Shown: positions 28,637 through 39,149, counted from the stretch's first letter. The stretch is DNA of 64,000 nt from Deferribacterales bacterium (GCA_050253335.1 JBFWJG010000005.1:1585-65584); one strand, 5' to 3'. Translations and numbers: made by a program. Notes: generated by a model not told the origin, from the sequence alone.

Positions 28637-29560
28637 ATGAGATTCACAGACGAAACAGCAGAAGTTATTGAATTCGCGGCAGATGAAGCGGGAATGCGCC
28701 TCGATGTGCTTCTTGCCTCGAAATCCGGCCGGAGCAGAAGCTTCGCCGCCGAGGTGATAGAAGAAGGTCTGGTCGAGGTCAACGGGCGGATTCCCGCCAA
28801 ATCCCTCAAGGTGAAAAAAGGGGACATCATCCGCATGGAGATTCCCGTGGAGGAGGCTCCGAGCCTTGAGCCTCAGCCCGTTGACTTTGATGTGATATTC
28901 GAGGATGAAAACATGATTGTGGTGAACAAGCCCGCAGGGGTGACAGTGCACCCCGCCCCCGGGTCTCCGGACGGAACTCTGGTGAACGGGCTTCTTTACC
29001 GCTACCGGATCGAGGATTACAACGACTTCCGCCCGGGCATAGTCCACAGGCTGGACAGAGACACGTCGGGGCTGATTCTGGTTGCCAGAAACAGAGACGC
29101 GCGGGAAAAGCTCTCTTCCCTGTTTTTGAACCGCGCCGTGGACAAACGTTATCTCGCTTTCTGCTGGGGGACGCCGAAATTTGACACCCTTGTTGTTGAT
29201 GAGCCCATAGGCAGGCATCCCGCAGACCGCAAACGGATGGCTGTCAGAGAAGACGGCAGACAGGCAAAGAGCCTTTTTACCGTAAAAGAACGTTATAAAA
29301 ACGCCTTTCTCGCAGAGGTGCGCATATACACCGGACGTACCCACCAGATAAGAGTTCATGCCGCCCATATTGGACATCCGATACTTGACGATTCGCTCTA
29401 CGGCGGAAAACATAACAGGGGTTACAAAATTGAAAGGCAGGCTTTACACTCATGGAAGCTCGCTTTTAAAAGCCCTTTTGTTCAAAAAGAATTGGATTTT
29501 TGCGCTCCCATGCCTCATGAAATGGAGCTTCTGAGGGAGAGGCTTCTGGCAGTGAAGTAG
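28637..29560 (+). CDS. rluD: RluA/RluD-family pseudouridine synthase
   Basis: S4 domain RLDVLL; NKPAG, GIVHRLDRDTSG, GRTHQIRVH. Confidence 0.92.
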   Translation: MRFTDETAEVIEFAADEAGMRLDVLLASKSGRSRSFAAEVIEEGLVEVNGRIPAKSLKVKKGDIIRMEIPVEEAPSLEPQPVDFDVIFEDENMIVVNKPAGVTVHPAPGSPDGTLVNGLLYRYRIEDYNDFRPGIVHRLDRDTSGLILVARNRDAREKLSSLFLNRAVDKRYLAFCWGTPKFDTLVVDEPIGRHPADRKRMAVREDGRQAKSLFTVKERYKNAFLAEVRIYTGRTHQIRVHAAHIGHPILDDSLYGGKHNRGYKIERQALHSWKLAFKSPFVQKELDFCAPMPHEMELLRERLLAVK

Positions 29561-29671
29561 TATAGGGAAACCCTATACATCCTATTGGTTTACATTACCC
29601 CGAAAACGCCAAATCCTTTGATCTGTAAAACGATGTTTCTTGTTGACAGTGGTGATGCGGTATGATAGACA

Positions 29672-29688
29672 TTGCATACTGTATACAA
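29672..29688. promoter_or_regulatory. Operator-like palindrome upstream of nuoA
   Basis: TTGCATAC-T-GTATACAA (8-1-8, one mismatch), downstream of a TTGACA at 29643. Confidence 0.45.
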
Positions 29689-29704
29689 AATACAGAGGTG
29701 TGGT

Positions 29705-30058
29705 ATGAATGAGTATTTGCCAGTCGCAATCCTTATGCTGATTGCAGGCGCGATAGGCGCCATCATGATGTTTATGGGCGGTCTTATACGTCCGAAAAAG
29801 TACGATAAGGTTAAAAACTCCGTTTACGAATGCGGTATGCCGGAGTTCTCGGATGCCAGAAAAAGGTACAACGTCAGGTTCTACATAGTCGCCCTGCTTT
29901 TTGTTCTCTTCGATGTAGAAATAGTGTTTCTTTATCCGTGGGCTGTTGCTTTCGGAGATATAGGGCTTTACGGGCTTGTCGCTATGTTCCTGTTCCTGAT
30001 AATTCTTGTCATCGGATTTCTGTATGAGTGGAAAAAAGGAGCTCTGGAATGGGTGTAA
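29705..30058 (+). CDS. nuoA: NADH-quinone oxidoreductase subunit A
   Basis: [25 protein letters not shown]. Confidence 0.96.
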   Translation: MNEYLPVAILMLIAGAIGAIMMFMGGLIRPKKYDKVKNSVYECGMPEFSDARKRYNVRFYIVALLFVLFDVEIVFLYPWAVAFGDIGLYGLVAMFLFLIILVIGFLYEWKKGALEWV

Positions 30059-30525
30059 TGACGAACAAACTGCCGGACAATGTTATCACCACAACGGTGG
30101 ACAGTGTCATCAACTGGGGAAGAAAATCGTCTATCTGGCCTGTGACCTTCGGTCTGGCCTGTTGCGCTATTGAAATGATGGCTACGGGCGCCGCGAAGCA
30201 TGACCTTGACAGGCTTGGTATAATTTTCCGTGCCACACCCCGTCAGGCGGATCTCATGATCGTCGCCGGAACCGTTACGCGCAAGATGGCTCCCATCGTA
30301 CGCAAAGTGTGGGACCAGATGCCCGAACCCAAATGGTGCATAGCCATGGGAAGCTGCGCTACAAGCGGCGGAATATACGATACTTACTCCACGGTTCAGG
30401 GTGTTGATGAGATTCTCCCCGTGGATTTTTACGTTCCCGGCTGTCCTCCCCGTCCTGAAGCTCTTCTTGACGCTATCGTCGAGCTTCAGAAAAAAATCAT
30501 GACTGAAAAAGTGCTTAGGAAATAG
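30049..30525 (+). CDS. nuoB: NADH-quinone oxidoreductase subunit B
   Basis: [31 protein letters not shown]. Confidence 0.96.
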   Translation: MGVMTNKLPDNVITTTVDSVINWGRKSSIWPVTFGLACCAIEMMATGAAKHDLDRLGIIFRATPRQADLMIVAGTVTRKMAPIVRKVWDQMPEPKWCIAMGSCATSGGIYDTYSTVQGVDEILPVDFYVPGCPPRPEALLDAIVELQKKIMTEKVLRK

Positions 30526-30534
30526 GGGGCGGCA

Positions 30535-31032
30535 ATGAATTTTACCGAACTAACCACACAGCTTGAACAGCTTTTTCCCGGCAAGCTGAACTGTTACACA
30601 CAGTTCGGCTGTAATTTTGTCAGGGTTAAGGATGATTCGGCTTATAAAAGTGTTCTCCGTGCGCTGAAAGAGAAATTCTCCTTCAAATACATGGTGGACG
30701 TTGTGGCCACGCACTGGCCCAAGAAAGCCGACAAGTTTGAAGTCACAAACAACCTCTACTCAATCGAGAACAAGCTCAGGGTGTTTGTGAAGCTTTCAAG
30801 ACCCGACCACGTCTTCCCCACGATTACTGATATATGGAAAGGCGCCGACCTCATGGAGAGGGAAGAGTACGACCTTATGGGAATCGTATTCGAAGGTCAC
30901 CCCGATCTGAGAAGAGTTCTTCTCCCTGATTTCTTTGAGGGGCACCCGCTCAGGAAAGACTTCCCTCTGAAAGAGAGGAAGTGGTTCAACAAGACTGACG
31001 AGCAGCGTCTCGGTATCAAGTTCACCAAATAA
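30535..31032 (+). CDS. nuoC: NADH-quinone oxidoreductase subunit C
   Basis: [29 protein letters not shown]. Confidence 0.95.
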   Translation: MNFTELTTQLEQLFPGKLNCYTQFGCNFVRVKDDSAYKSVLRALKEKFSFKYMVDVVATHWPKKADKFEVTNNLYSIENKLRVFVKLSRPDHVFPTITDIWKGADLMEREEYDLMGIVFEGHPDLRRVLLPDFFEGHPLRKDFPLKERKWFNKTDEQRLGIKFTK

Positions 31033-31048
31033 GGGGTTGGAGACGGTT

Positions 31049-32236
31049 ATGCAGAACATTAACAATAACGTAGCCGAAGTGGTTACCGTCAACATGGGAC
31101 CCCAGCACCCCAGTACTCACGGGGTTCTGAGGCTTGTTGTCGATCTCGACGGCGAAACAATAGTAAACGTTACCCCCGATGTGGGTTATCTTCACAGGGG
31201 AACTGAAAAGCTTGCGGAAAACAGGACTTACCATCAGTTTATCCCCCTCACGGACAGGCTGGACTATCTTTCACCTCTGTCCAACAATCTTGCCTACTGC
31301 CTCGCCGTGGAAAAGTTCTTCGGGTTAAAAATCCCCGAAAGAGCAGACTACATGAGGGTTATATACGCCGAGCTTTCGCGTATCGCCAGCCACCTTGTCT
31401 GGATAGCGACTCACGCTCTTGACATAGGCGCGATGACGGTTTTCCTCTATGCCTTCCGCGAGAGGGAGCGCGTGCTTGATATGTTCGAGTGCGCCACAGG
31501 CCAGAGGATGACAAGCTCATGGATCAGAATCGGCGGCGTTCGCGAAGACGCTCCCGAGGAGTTCTTCAAGCTTGCCAAATCCTTCGTTGATGAGTTTGAC
31601 GGTTTCGTTGATCTTTATGAAAACCTCCTCACCAACAACAGGATATGGAAAATGAGAACCATCGGCATCGGTATGCTTAATGCTGATGACGCTCAGGACT
31701 ACGGCACAAGCGGCCCCCTCATGAGAGGCGCAGGTCTTGATTTCGACCTCAGACGTGACGAGCCGTACTGCTGTTATGACAAATTCAAGTTCGAAGTACC
31801 CACTCAGCCCGAGGGGGATACTTACGCACGTTATAAAGTGAGGATGAAGGAGCTTCGCGAGTCGAATAAAATTGTCGCTCAGGCTCTTGAAAATCTTCCC
31901 GAAGGACCCGTTATGACGGACGACCCCAGAGTGGCTATGCCTTCTCACGAGGACGTTTACGAAAGAATGGAATCCCTTATCAGAAGATTCTACCTCATAT
32001 CAAAAGGTTTCCGCCCTCCCAAGGGTGAAACTTATCAGGGAATCGAGGCGCCCAAAGGCGAGCTCGGCTTCTATATCGTCAGCGAAGGAGAGGAAAGGCC
32101 CTACAGGCTTAAAATCCGTGCTCCTTCCTATGTGAACCTCGGCGTGCTTAACCACATGGCCAAAGGTCACATGCTCGCAGACCTTGTCGCGATCATCGGT
32201 ACAAACGATGTTGTTCTCGGCGAGATAGACAGGTAG
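31049..32236 (+). CDS. nuoD: NADH-quinone oxidoreductase subunit D
   Basis: NMGPQHPSTHGVLRL, GYLHRG, EAPKGELG, C-terminal GEIDR; no NiFe Cys motifs. Confidence 0.96.
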   Translation: MQNINNNVAEVVTVNMGPQHPSTHGVLRLVVDLDGETIVNVTPDVGYLHRGTEKLAENRTYHQFIPLTDRLDYLSPLSNNLAYCLAVEKFFGLKIPERADYMRVIYAELSRIASHLVWIATHALDIGAMTVFLYAFRERERVLDMFECATGQRMTSSWIRIGGVREDAPEEFFKLAKSFVDEFDGFVDLYENLLTNNRIWKMRTIGIGMLNADDAQDYGTSGPLMRGAGLDFDLRRDEPYCCYDKFKFEVPTQPEGDTYARYKVRMKELRESNKIVAQALENLPEGPVMTDDPRVAMPSHEDVYERMESLIRRFYLISKGFRPPKGETYQGIEAPKGELGFYIVSEGEERPYRLKIRAPSYVNLGVLNHMAKGHMLADLVAIIGTNDVVLGEIDR

Positions 32237-32248
32237 GGGGGCGCGAAA

Positions 32249-32773
32249 ATGGCGGAAGTTAAAGCGGTTGTGGAAGAGGTTCAGGAAAGAACCCCCGAAG
32301 AGCTTGACTGGACAAAGTGTGATGCGATATGCGCCCAGTACGCAGGTTTCAAAGGCGCTACCATCCCCGTGCTCCAGAAGGTTCAGGATGCCTACGGCTA
32401 TCTTTATAAAGAGCTTGTGGAGAGAGTGAGCGAAAACCTCAACATCTCCTCGCACACCCTGTACGGCGTAATCACTTTTTACGCTCAGTTTTACACAAAG
32501 CCCAGAGGCAAATATGTCATCAGGGTATGCAGGGGAACGGCGTGCCACGTTAAGGGTTCCGGAAGGATCTCGGAAGTTGTTTTCGAGGAATTCGGAATCA
32601 GAAACGGCGAAACCGATGAAGCAAAACTCTTCACCCTTGAAGAGGTTTCATGCATCGGAGCCTGCGGAATGGCGCCCGTTATTATGGTAAACGATAAAAC
32701 TCACGGTAACCTCACGCCGGAGGAATCCAGGAAAATATTCAGGGATTACGCCTCCGGTAAGATGGAAGCGTAG
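32249..32773 (+). CDS. nuoE: NADH-quinone oxidoreductase subunit E (HydC/BfuA-like 2Fe-2S)
   Basis: VCRGTACHVKG, CIGACGMAP. Confidence 0.93.
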   Translation: MAEVKAVVEEVQERTPEELDWTKCDAICAQYAGFKGATIPVLQKVQDAYGYLYKELVERVSENLNISSHTLYGVITFYAQFYTKPRGKYVIRVCRGTACHVKGSGRISEVVFEEFGIRNGETDEAKLFTLEEVSCIGACGMAPVIMVNDKTHGNLTPEESRKIFRDYASGKMEA

Positions 32774-32783
32774 GGACAGGCAT

Positions 32784-34574
32784 ATGAGCGAGTATAAAGT
32801 CGAACAGATAGAAGTACACGTGTGTATGGGAACCGCGGGAGTCGCCTCCGGCGGTGATGCCGTTATGGCAGCCCTTAACAGTGAGTTTGAAAAACGCGGC
32901 CTGGTAAACACCGATGTCAAGGAGCGCAACTGCAAAGCCAAACAGACCGGCTGCAGGGGGCTCTGCGCCAGAGATGTTCTTATCGACGTGTATATCCCCG
33001 GACAGGGGCCTGTAACTTACGAACACGTGACGGCGGAAATGGTTCCCACAATAATCGAGGAGCACATCATTGGCGGTGAAATTGTCACCAAATGGGCTGC
33101 CAAGAAGGACTATTTCGAATTTTACGATAAACAGAAGCGCTATGTTCTCAATGACTGCGGAAAAGTTGACCCCGACAGCCTTGAGGACTACATAGCCCAC
33201 GGCGGCTATGACGCTCTTAAAAAGTCTCTGAAAATGACCTCCGAAGAGGTTATTGACGAAGTCAAAAAGTCCGGTCTCAGAGGCAGGGGGGGCGGCGGTT
33301 TCCCCACAGGACTTAAATGGACATTCTGCCGCAACTCTCCGGGAGATCTCAAGTATCTTATCTGCAACGCGGATGAGGGCGACCCCGGCGCGTTCATGGA
33401 CAGATCAATAATTGAGGGCAACCCCCACGCAGTTATAGAAGGAATGCTGATAGCGGCCTACGCAATAGGCTGCAAGGAAGGCTACATATACTGTCGTGCG
33501 GAATATCCCCTTGCTATCAAAAGGGTTAAAAAGGCCCTCATAGACGCGGAAAAAGCAGGCTATCTCGGCGACAACGTTCTCGGAAGCGGCTTTGAGTTTC
33601 ACCTCAAGCTGAAAGAGGGAGCGGGCGCTTTCGTCTGCGGAGAGGAAACGGCTCTCATCGCCTCCATCGAAGGCGAAAGGGGAATGCCCAGATCCAGACC
33701 CCCCTTCCCCGCTGTGAAAGGTCTCTGGCAGAAACCCTCAAACGTTAACAACGTTGAGACTTTCGCCAACCTTCCCGTTATCATCCTCAACGGCGCGGAC
33801 TGGTACGCAAACATAGGAACAGAGAAGTCCAAGGGAACAAAAATCTTCGCCCTTTCAGGCAAGGTTAAGTCCACGGGCCTTATCGAGGTTCCCATGGGAA
33901 TTACCGTGCGTGAGCTGATTTTCGAGGTCGGCGGCGGCATTCCCAAGAAAAGAAAGTTCAAAGCGGTTCAGCTCGGCGGTCCCTCAGGCGGCTGTCTTAC
34001 CGAAGCGCACCTTGATACAAAGATAGACTACGACTCGCTCATCGCCGCAGGCGCGATGATGGGCTCCGGAGGCGTGGTTGTTCTTGATGAAACCAACTGT
34101 ATGGTGAACGTTGCTCAGTTCTTCCTTACCTTCACACAGAGGGAGTCATGCGGAAAATGCATCCCCTGCCGTGTCGGTACAAAAACCATGCTGGACATCC
34201 TCGATAGGATAACATCCGGCAAGGGAAGGGAAGGCGATATCGAAAGGCTGGAATCCCTGGCGAGCGATATCAAGATAGCTTCACTCTGCGGTCTCGGACA
34301 AACGGCTCCCAACCCTATTCTTACCACAATCAGGTATTTCAGGGACGAGTACGAGGCGCACATCTTCAAACAGAAATGTCCCGCAAGGGAATGCCCCGAG
34401 CTCATCGAGTTCGTGGTTGTGGATGAAAGATGCAAGAAGTGCGGTATCTGCAAAAAGGTCTGCCCCGTTGACGCTATAACGTGGGAGAAGGGACAGTTTG
34501 CATACATCGACAAGGCTAAGTGCGTTAAGTGCCGTGAGTGCATAGTGAACTGCCCGTTCAACTCAATAGATTAA
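32784..34574 (+). CDS. nuoF: Long NuoF (HydB/BfuB architecture)
   Basis: SGLRGRGGGGFPTG, NADEGDPGAFMDR, ESCGKCIPCR, N-terminal Trx-like domain, C-terminal 2x[4Fe-4S]. Confidence 0.93.
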   Translation: MSEYKVEQIEVHVCMGTAGVASGGDAVMAALNSEFEKRGLVNTDVKERNCKAKQTGCRGLCARDVLIDVYIPGQGPVTYEHVTAEMVPTIIEEHIIGGEIVTKWAAKKDYFEFYDKQKRYVLNDCGKVDPDSLEDYIAHGGYDALKKSLKMTSEEVIDEVKKSGLRGRGGGGFPTGLKWTFCRNSPGDLKYLICNADEGDPGAFMDRSIIEGNPHAVIEGMLIAAYAIGCKEGYIYCRAEYPLAIKRVKKALIDAEKAGYLGDNVLGSGFEFHLKLKEGAGAFVCGEETALIASIEGERGMPRSRPPFPAVKGLWQKPSNVNNVETFANLPVIILNGADWYANIGTEKSKGTKIFALSGKVKSTGLIEVPMGITVRELIFEVGGGIPKKRKFKAVQLGGPSGGCLTEAHLDTKIDYDSLIAAGAMMGSGGVVVLDETNCMVNVAQFFLTFTQRESCGKCIPCRVGTKTMLDILDRITSGKGREGDIERLESLASDIKIASLCGLGQTAPNPILTTIRYFRDEYEAHIFKQKCPARECPELIEFVVVDERCKKCGICKKVCPVDAITWEKGQFAYIDKAKCVKCRECIVNCPFNSID

Positions 34575-34585
34575 GGGATATGGAT

Positions 34586-36835
34586 ATGCAGATGGTAACC
34601 TTGAAAATAGACGGAATACAGGTTGAGGTGCCGAAGGATTACACAATCCTTCAGGCGGCGGAAAAGGCCGGGGTGCATATCCCCGTTCTCTGCCACGATG
34701 CGCGCCTGAACCCCTTCGGTGCATGCAGGGTGTGTCTTATCGAGGCTGTGGGCAACCCCAGAATGATGACGGCGTGCACAACGCCCGTCGCCCCCGATAT
34801 GGACATCCTCACCAACACCGAAAAGCTCCAGAGGATCAGGAAAACTGTGATTGAGCTTCTGCTTGTGAACCACCCCCTTGAGTGCCCCGTGTGCGATAAG
34901 GGCGGCGAGTGCACGCTTCAGGATCTCACTTACGAGGTCGGCCTCACAAAGGTGCGCTTCGATGCAAAGCCCGCGGATACTCCCGTTGACCACACCAACC
35001 CCTTCATCGAAAGAGATGTTGACAGGTGTGTTCTCTGCGGACGCTGCGTAAGGATATGCGACGAAGTGGTGAACATACAGGCGATAAGCTTCATAAACCG
35101 CGGTATGGAAACCATGATCGGAACAGCCTTCGATCAGCCGTGGAACTGCGAATTCTGCGGACAGTGCATAAGCGTCTGCCCCGTGGGTTCGCTCAACAAC
35201 AGAGTTTATCTTTTCAAAAACAGGCCGTGGAACCTTGAAAAAACAGATTCCGTATGCGGTCTCTGCGGCTGCGGCTGTTATATAGAGCTTGAAACCGAAG
35301 GCAACGAGCTTTACAGAATGGGCGAGCTCCCCGAAAAGGGCGCAAACCACGGCAATCTCTGCGCCAAAGGCAGATTCGGCTTCGAATTTGTCAACAGCGT
35401 GAAGCGTGAAACCTCGGCAAAAATCAAGTCAGCCGGCGAGCTTGCCGATGCCGACTTCGATCAGGCTGTGGTCACAATTGCTGAAAAAGTGAAGAGCATC
35501 AAAGCTCAGCACGGAGCTGACTCCGTTGCTGTTCTCGTTTCGCCGAGGCTGACAAACGAGGAAGCCTTCCTTGCGAAGAAGCTGGCGAAGGATGTTCTCG
35601 GAACAGGCGGCATGTATGCCCTTGAACCTCACACATCACTCCCCGAGGCAACATACGCGGACATAGAAAAAAGCGACGCCGTCGCTGTCCTCAACATAGA
35701 CGTAACTGAAGCCAACCCGATTCTCGGCCTTGCGGTGAGAGCCGCTGCCAGAATGAACGAGGCTCCTCTTTATGTCTTCTACCCTTCCGAAACTGCTTTG
35801 AAAAGGCTGATCGAAAAACAGTTCACCGGAACTCCGGATGAAGTTTACGCCAGCATGACAAGGCTTGTTGAAGGGCAGGGAGAAGAGGCCGCAGTGCTTG
35901 AGGTTCTCAAAAAGGCCGAAAAGCCCGTTGCTGTCTACAACCCCTACAATGAAGCGGATCTCTGGTTTGTTTCAGAACTGAAAAAACAGGTTCCGGCACT
36001 TAAACTCGCTGCGGCAAGATCCAAGGCGAACTCACAGGGTGTCGTTGACATGGGCGCTCTGGATGCCGCGAAGCTGAAAGAAGGAATACAGAACAAAACA
36101 ATAAAGGCTCTCATATGCTTAGGTGAAAACCCCGCTGTGAGAACAGGCTGGGCGGAACTTTCACTGGATTCCCTTGAGCTGCTCGCCGTTACGGATCCTT
36201 TCATGAGCGAAACCGCGAAGAAAGCCTCTGTTTACATCCCCGTTGCGACATACGCGGAGAAAGACGGCAGCTTCACCAGCCTTGAGGGAAGGGTTCAGTC
36301 GGTTAATAAGGCGCTCTGCAAAGGGCTTAAGACCGATGCCGAAGTCATTTCCGCACTTGCGGCAAGGCTCGGCGGCAGTCTGACTTCCTGCTCATGCGAG
36401 GCCAGAGAGCTTATCCGCAAAGAGATTCCGCTTTACAAAGACGCCGACTTTGACGGCGGCCTTATAAGCTACCCCTATGCGGTAAAAGGCGAATTCGAAA
36501 AGCCTGCGAAAGCGGCTGCGGGAGAGGGCACATACTTCCTCTACCCCTCATCACTCAGACTTCATTCAGGCTCATACACCAGATGGTCTCCCGACCTCGC
36601 CAAAGTTTACGGCGAAGCCAAGCTTGAGATTTCCCCCGCTGATGCGGAGGCGCTCGGTCTCAGCGACGGAGCGGCGGTGAACGTGAGCGCTGCGGGAATC
36701 ACAAAGACTTTCAAGGTTCATGTGGAGAAACACATAACGAAAGGCTGTGTCGCCCTTCCTGAGGACTATGCCGATACGGCTGTGTTCTTTGGCAAAGGCA
36801 GATACCCGAAAGTGGCTCTGGGTAAAAAAGGTTGA
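34586..36835 (+). CDS. nuoG: NADH-quinone oxidoreductase subunit G
   Basis: IPVLCH..GACRVC..ACTT, HPLECPVCDKGGEC, CVLCGRCVRIC, CEFCGQCISVCP, CGLCGCGC..LCAKG; degenerate molybdopterin-oxidoreductase body. Confidence 0.93.
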   Translation: MQMVTLKIDGIQVEVPKDYTILQAAEKAGVHIPVLCHDARLNPFGACRVCLIEAVGNPRMMTACTTPVAPDMDILTNTEKLQRIRKTVIELLLVNHPLECPVCDKGGECTLQDLTYEVGLTKVRFDAKPADTPVDHTNPFIERDVDRCVLCGRCVRICDEVVNIQAISFINRGMETMIGTAFDQPWNCEFCGQCISVCPVGSLNNRVYLFKNRPWNLEKTDSVCGLCGCGCYIELETEGNELYRMGELPEKGANHGNLCAKGRFGFEFVNSVKRETSAKIKSAGELADADFDQAVVTIAEKVKSIKAQHGADSVAVLVSPRLTNEEAFLAKKLAKDVLGTGGMYALEPHTSLPEATYADIEKSDAVAVLNIDVTEANPILGLAVRAAARMNEAPLYVFYPSETALKRLIEKQFTGTPDEVYASMTRLVEGQGEEAAVLEVLKKAEKPVAVYNPYNEADLWFVSELKKQVPALKLAAARSKANSQGVVDMGALDAAKLKEGIQNKTIKALICLGENPAVRTGWAELSLDSLELLAVTDPFMSETAKKASVYIPVATYAEKDGSFTSLEGRVQSVNKALCKGLKTDAEVISALAARLGGSLTSCSCEARELIRKEIPLYKDADFDGGLISYPYAVKGEFEKPAKAAAGEGTYFLYPSSLRLHSGSYTRWSPDLAKVYGEAKLEISPADAEALGLSDGAAVNVSAAGITKTFKVHVEKHITKGCVALPEDYADTAVFFGKGRYPKVALGKKG

Positions 36836-36864
36836 AAGACATTAAAGATATATGAGGTAGAGGA

Positions 36865-37848
36865 ATGTTGCTCCCTATAGTTTTCACAATAATCAAGATA
36901 CTGATCATTGTAACTGTAATCCTCCTCGCGGTGGCATACATGACGTATGCCGAGCGTAAGGTTATAGGCGCAATGCAGGTGCGTCTTGGGCCGATGCATA
37001 CCGGACCTTACGGTCTCCTTCAGCCCATCGCGGACGCGGTGAAGCTGATCGCAAAGGAAGACCTTACGCCCGATATGGTTGACAGACCGGTATTCATCCT
37101 GGCTCCCCTGCTTACGATGGTTCCGGCGCTGGCAGGATTCGCCGTTATCCCCTTCGCCGACAACTTCACAATGTTCGGCATGGAGATAAAGCCCTACATA
37201 ACTGACCTTAACATCGGTCTGCTTTATGTTCTGGCAATTTCGTCCGTGGGCACCTACGGCGTTATCATGTCCGGCTGGGCTTCAAACTCAAAGTACGCCC
37301 TTCTCGGCAGCTTGCGTTCTTCGGCTCAGGTTCTGAGCTACGAAACAGCAATGGGTCTTGCCCTTGTGGCGCCTGTTCTGCTGGCCGGTTCTCTCTCTCT
37401 CAGGGAGATAACCCTCGCTCAGTCGGAGATGTGGTTTGTTGTTCCGCAGATAGTGGCTTTCGTGGTTTACGTTATAGCCGCCATAGCAGAAACAAACAGA
37501 GCGCCCTTCGACCTTGCGGAAGCTGAGACCGAAATCGTTGCGGGTTTCCATGTGGAATACTCCTCAATGAAGTTCGCCCTCTTCTTCCTCGGCGAATACG
37601 CAAATATGTACCTTGTTTCCACAATCGCCGTTGTTATGTTCCTCGGCGGATGGAACGGACCCTTCCTGCCTCCTCTGGTCTGGTTCGTAATCAAGGTTCT
37701 GTTCATTATGTTTATCTTCCTCTGGCTGAGAGCCACTCTCCCCAGACTCCGCTTTGACCAGCTTATGAGTCTCGGCTGGAAGGTACTTATACCGATTGCC
37801 CTTGCCAATCTTATGATAACGGCAATCGTGGTTCACATTGTCAGGTAG
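36865..37848 (+). CDS. nuoH: NADH-quinone oxidoreductase subunit H
   Basis: ERKVIG, QPIADAVK, ETNRAPFDLAEAE, LPRLRFDQLM. Confidence 0.97.
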   Translation: MLLPIVFTIIKILIIVTVILLAVAYMTYAERKVIGAMQVRLGPMHTGPYGLLQPIADAVKLIAKEDLTPDMVDRPVFILAPLLTMVPALAGFAVIPFADNFTMFGMEIKPYITDLNIGLLYVLAISSVGTYGVIMSGWASNSKYALLGSLRSSAQVLSYETAMGLALVAPVLLAGSLSLREITLAQSEMWFVVPQIVAFVVYVIAAIAETNRAPFDLAEAETEIVAGFHVEYSSMKFALFFLGEYANMYLVSTIAVVMFLGGWNGPFLPPLVWFVIKVLFIMFIFLWLRATLPRLRFDQLMSLGWKVLIPIALANLMITAIVVHIVR

Positions 37849-37857
37849 GGGTGAAGC

Positions 37858-38325
37858 ATGAAAAATATATTCGATACTCTGCTCTTAACTGAAATTTTTC
37901 AGGGTCTTGGAATTACTCTGAAACATTTGTTCAAGAAGAAAGTAACGTACAAATACCCTTATGAGGATACTCCGATATTCCCCAGATTCAGGGGTGTTCA
38001 GTACATTAAAACCCATGAGAACGGCGCGACAAAATGTGTCGGCTGCTATCTCTGTCAGAAGGTATGCCCTTCAGAGTGCATACACATAGTGACAGACTGC
38101 GGACCGAACGGCGAGAGGCTCATCCGTAAATACGAGCTTGACCTTTCCCGCTGCATCTACTGCGGCTTCTGCGAAGAAGCCTGCCCGGTTGACGCGGTTC
38201 ACATGGGGCGTAACTATCACACGACAGACTCAACCAGAGACAATTATGTGATAAACATGAAAACTCTTTCTGAAAACTACAAAAAGGAACTGGCTAACGC
38301 ACAGGCTAAAGGAGAGCAGTTATGA
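37858..38325 (+). CDS. nuoI: NADH-quinone oxidoreductase subunit I
   Basis: CVGCYLCQKVCP, CIYCGFCEEACP. Confidence 0.95.
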   Translation: MKNIFDTLLLTEIFQGLGITLKHLFKKKVTYKYPYEDTPIFPRFRGVQYIKTHENGATKCVGCYLCQKVCPSECIHIVTDCGPNGERLIRKYELDLSRCIYCGFCEEACPVDAVHMGRNYHTTDSTRDNYVINMKTLSENYKKELANAQAKGEQL

Positions 38326-38825
38326 TGGCGCAGATTGCATTTTACATTCTTGCTGGTTTGGCCGTGGTTTCAGCTCTCGGTGTAATCACCCGTGAGAACC
38401 CCGTTCACTCGGCTCTCTGGATGCTTCTTACGTTTTTCAGCGTTGCGGGAATTTTTGTTCAGCTCGGTGCGGAATTCGTTGCGGCGATTCAGGTTCTCGT
38501 TTACGCAGGCGCGATTTTGGTTCTGTATCTCTTCGTGGTTATGCTGCTAAACCCCCGTTCGGGCGGTTTCATCAGGATGCCCGCGAAATACATAATCGGA
38601 TCTGCTGTTTCGATTGTGGTCTTCTTTCAGGTAGCCATAACAATCTGGAGCTCCGGAATCTTCAAAAACGGCGCTATCGGACCGCTGCCCTATGCTGAAG
38701 GCATGAACAACGTCAGAGCATACGGAAACGTTCTGTTCACAAAGTATCTGGTACCCTTTGAAATCGCTTCCATACTTCTTCTTGTCGCGATGATCGGTGC
38801 CATCGTAATAGCAAGAAAGGACTAG
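38322..38825 (+). CDS. nuoJ: NADH-quinone oxidoreductase subunit J
   Basis: QVLVYAGAILVL, FEIASILLLVAMIGA. Confidence 0.95.
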   Translation: MMAQIAFYILAGLAVVSALGVITRENPVHSALWMLLTFFSVAGIFVQLGAEFVAAIQVLVYAGAILVLYLFVVMLLNPRSGGFIRMPAKYIIGSAVSIVVFFQVAITIWSSGIFKNGAIGPLPYAEGMNNVRAYGNVLFTKYLVPFEIASILLLVAMIGAIVIARKD

Positions 38826-38834
38826 GAGGGGACT

Positions 38835-39140
38835 ATGGAATTGACGCTGGCTCATTACCTTATACTCAGCGCGGTTATATTCGCCCTTGGAATGGCAGGG
38901 GTTCTGATAAGGAAAAACCTCATCGTTATGTTCATGTCGCTGGAGCTTATGCTTAACGCGGTGAACATCAACCTCGCTGCTTTTTCCAACTATCTGCAGG
39001 ATATGACCGGACAGATTTTCATAGTCTTCGTCATGGCGGTGGCCGCTGCCGAAGCTGCAGTGGGACTCGCGCTCATTATCAGTCTGTTCAGAAACAAACA
39101 GACTATTAATGCCGAAGAACTTAATATCATGAGAGGATAG
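38835..39140 (+). CDS. nuoK: NADH-quinone oxidoreductase subunit K
   Basis: [19 protein letters not shown]. Confidence 0.96.
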   Translation: MELTLAHYLILSAVIFALGMAGVLIRKNLIVMFMSLELMLNAVNINLAAFSNYLQDMTGQIFIVFVMAVAAAEAAVGLALIISLFRNKQTINAEELNIMRG

Positions 39141-39149
39141 GGGTAGGAT

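Noticed and set aside
31049-32236. nuo cluster as a group 4 NiFe hydrogenase or formate hydrogenlyase
   Set aside because: NuoD lacks the CxxC nickel-binding motifs and ends GEIDR, and the full nuoA-N order is present.
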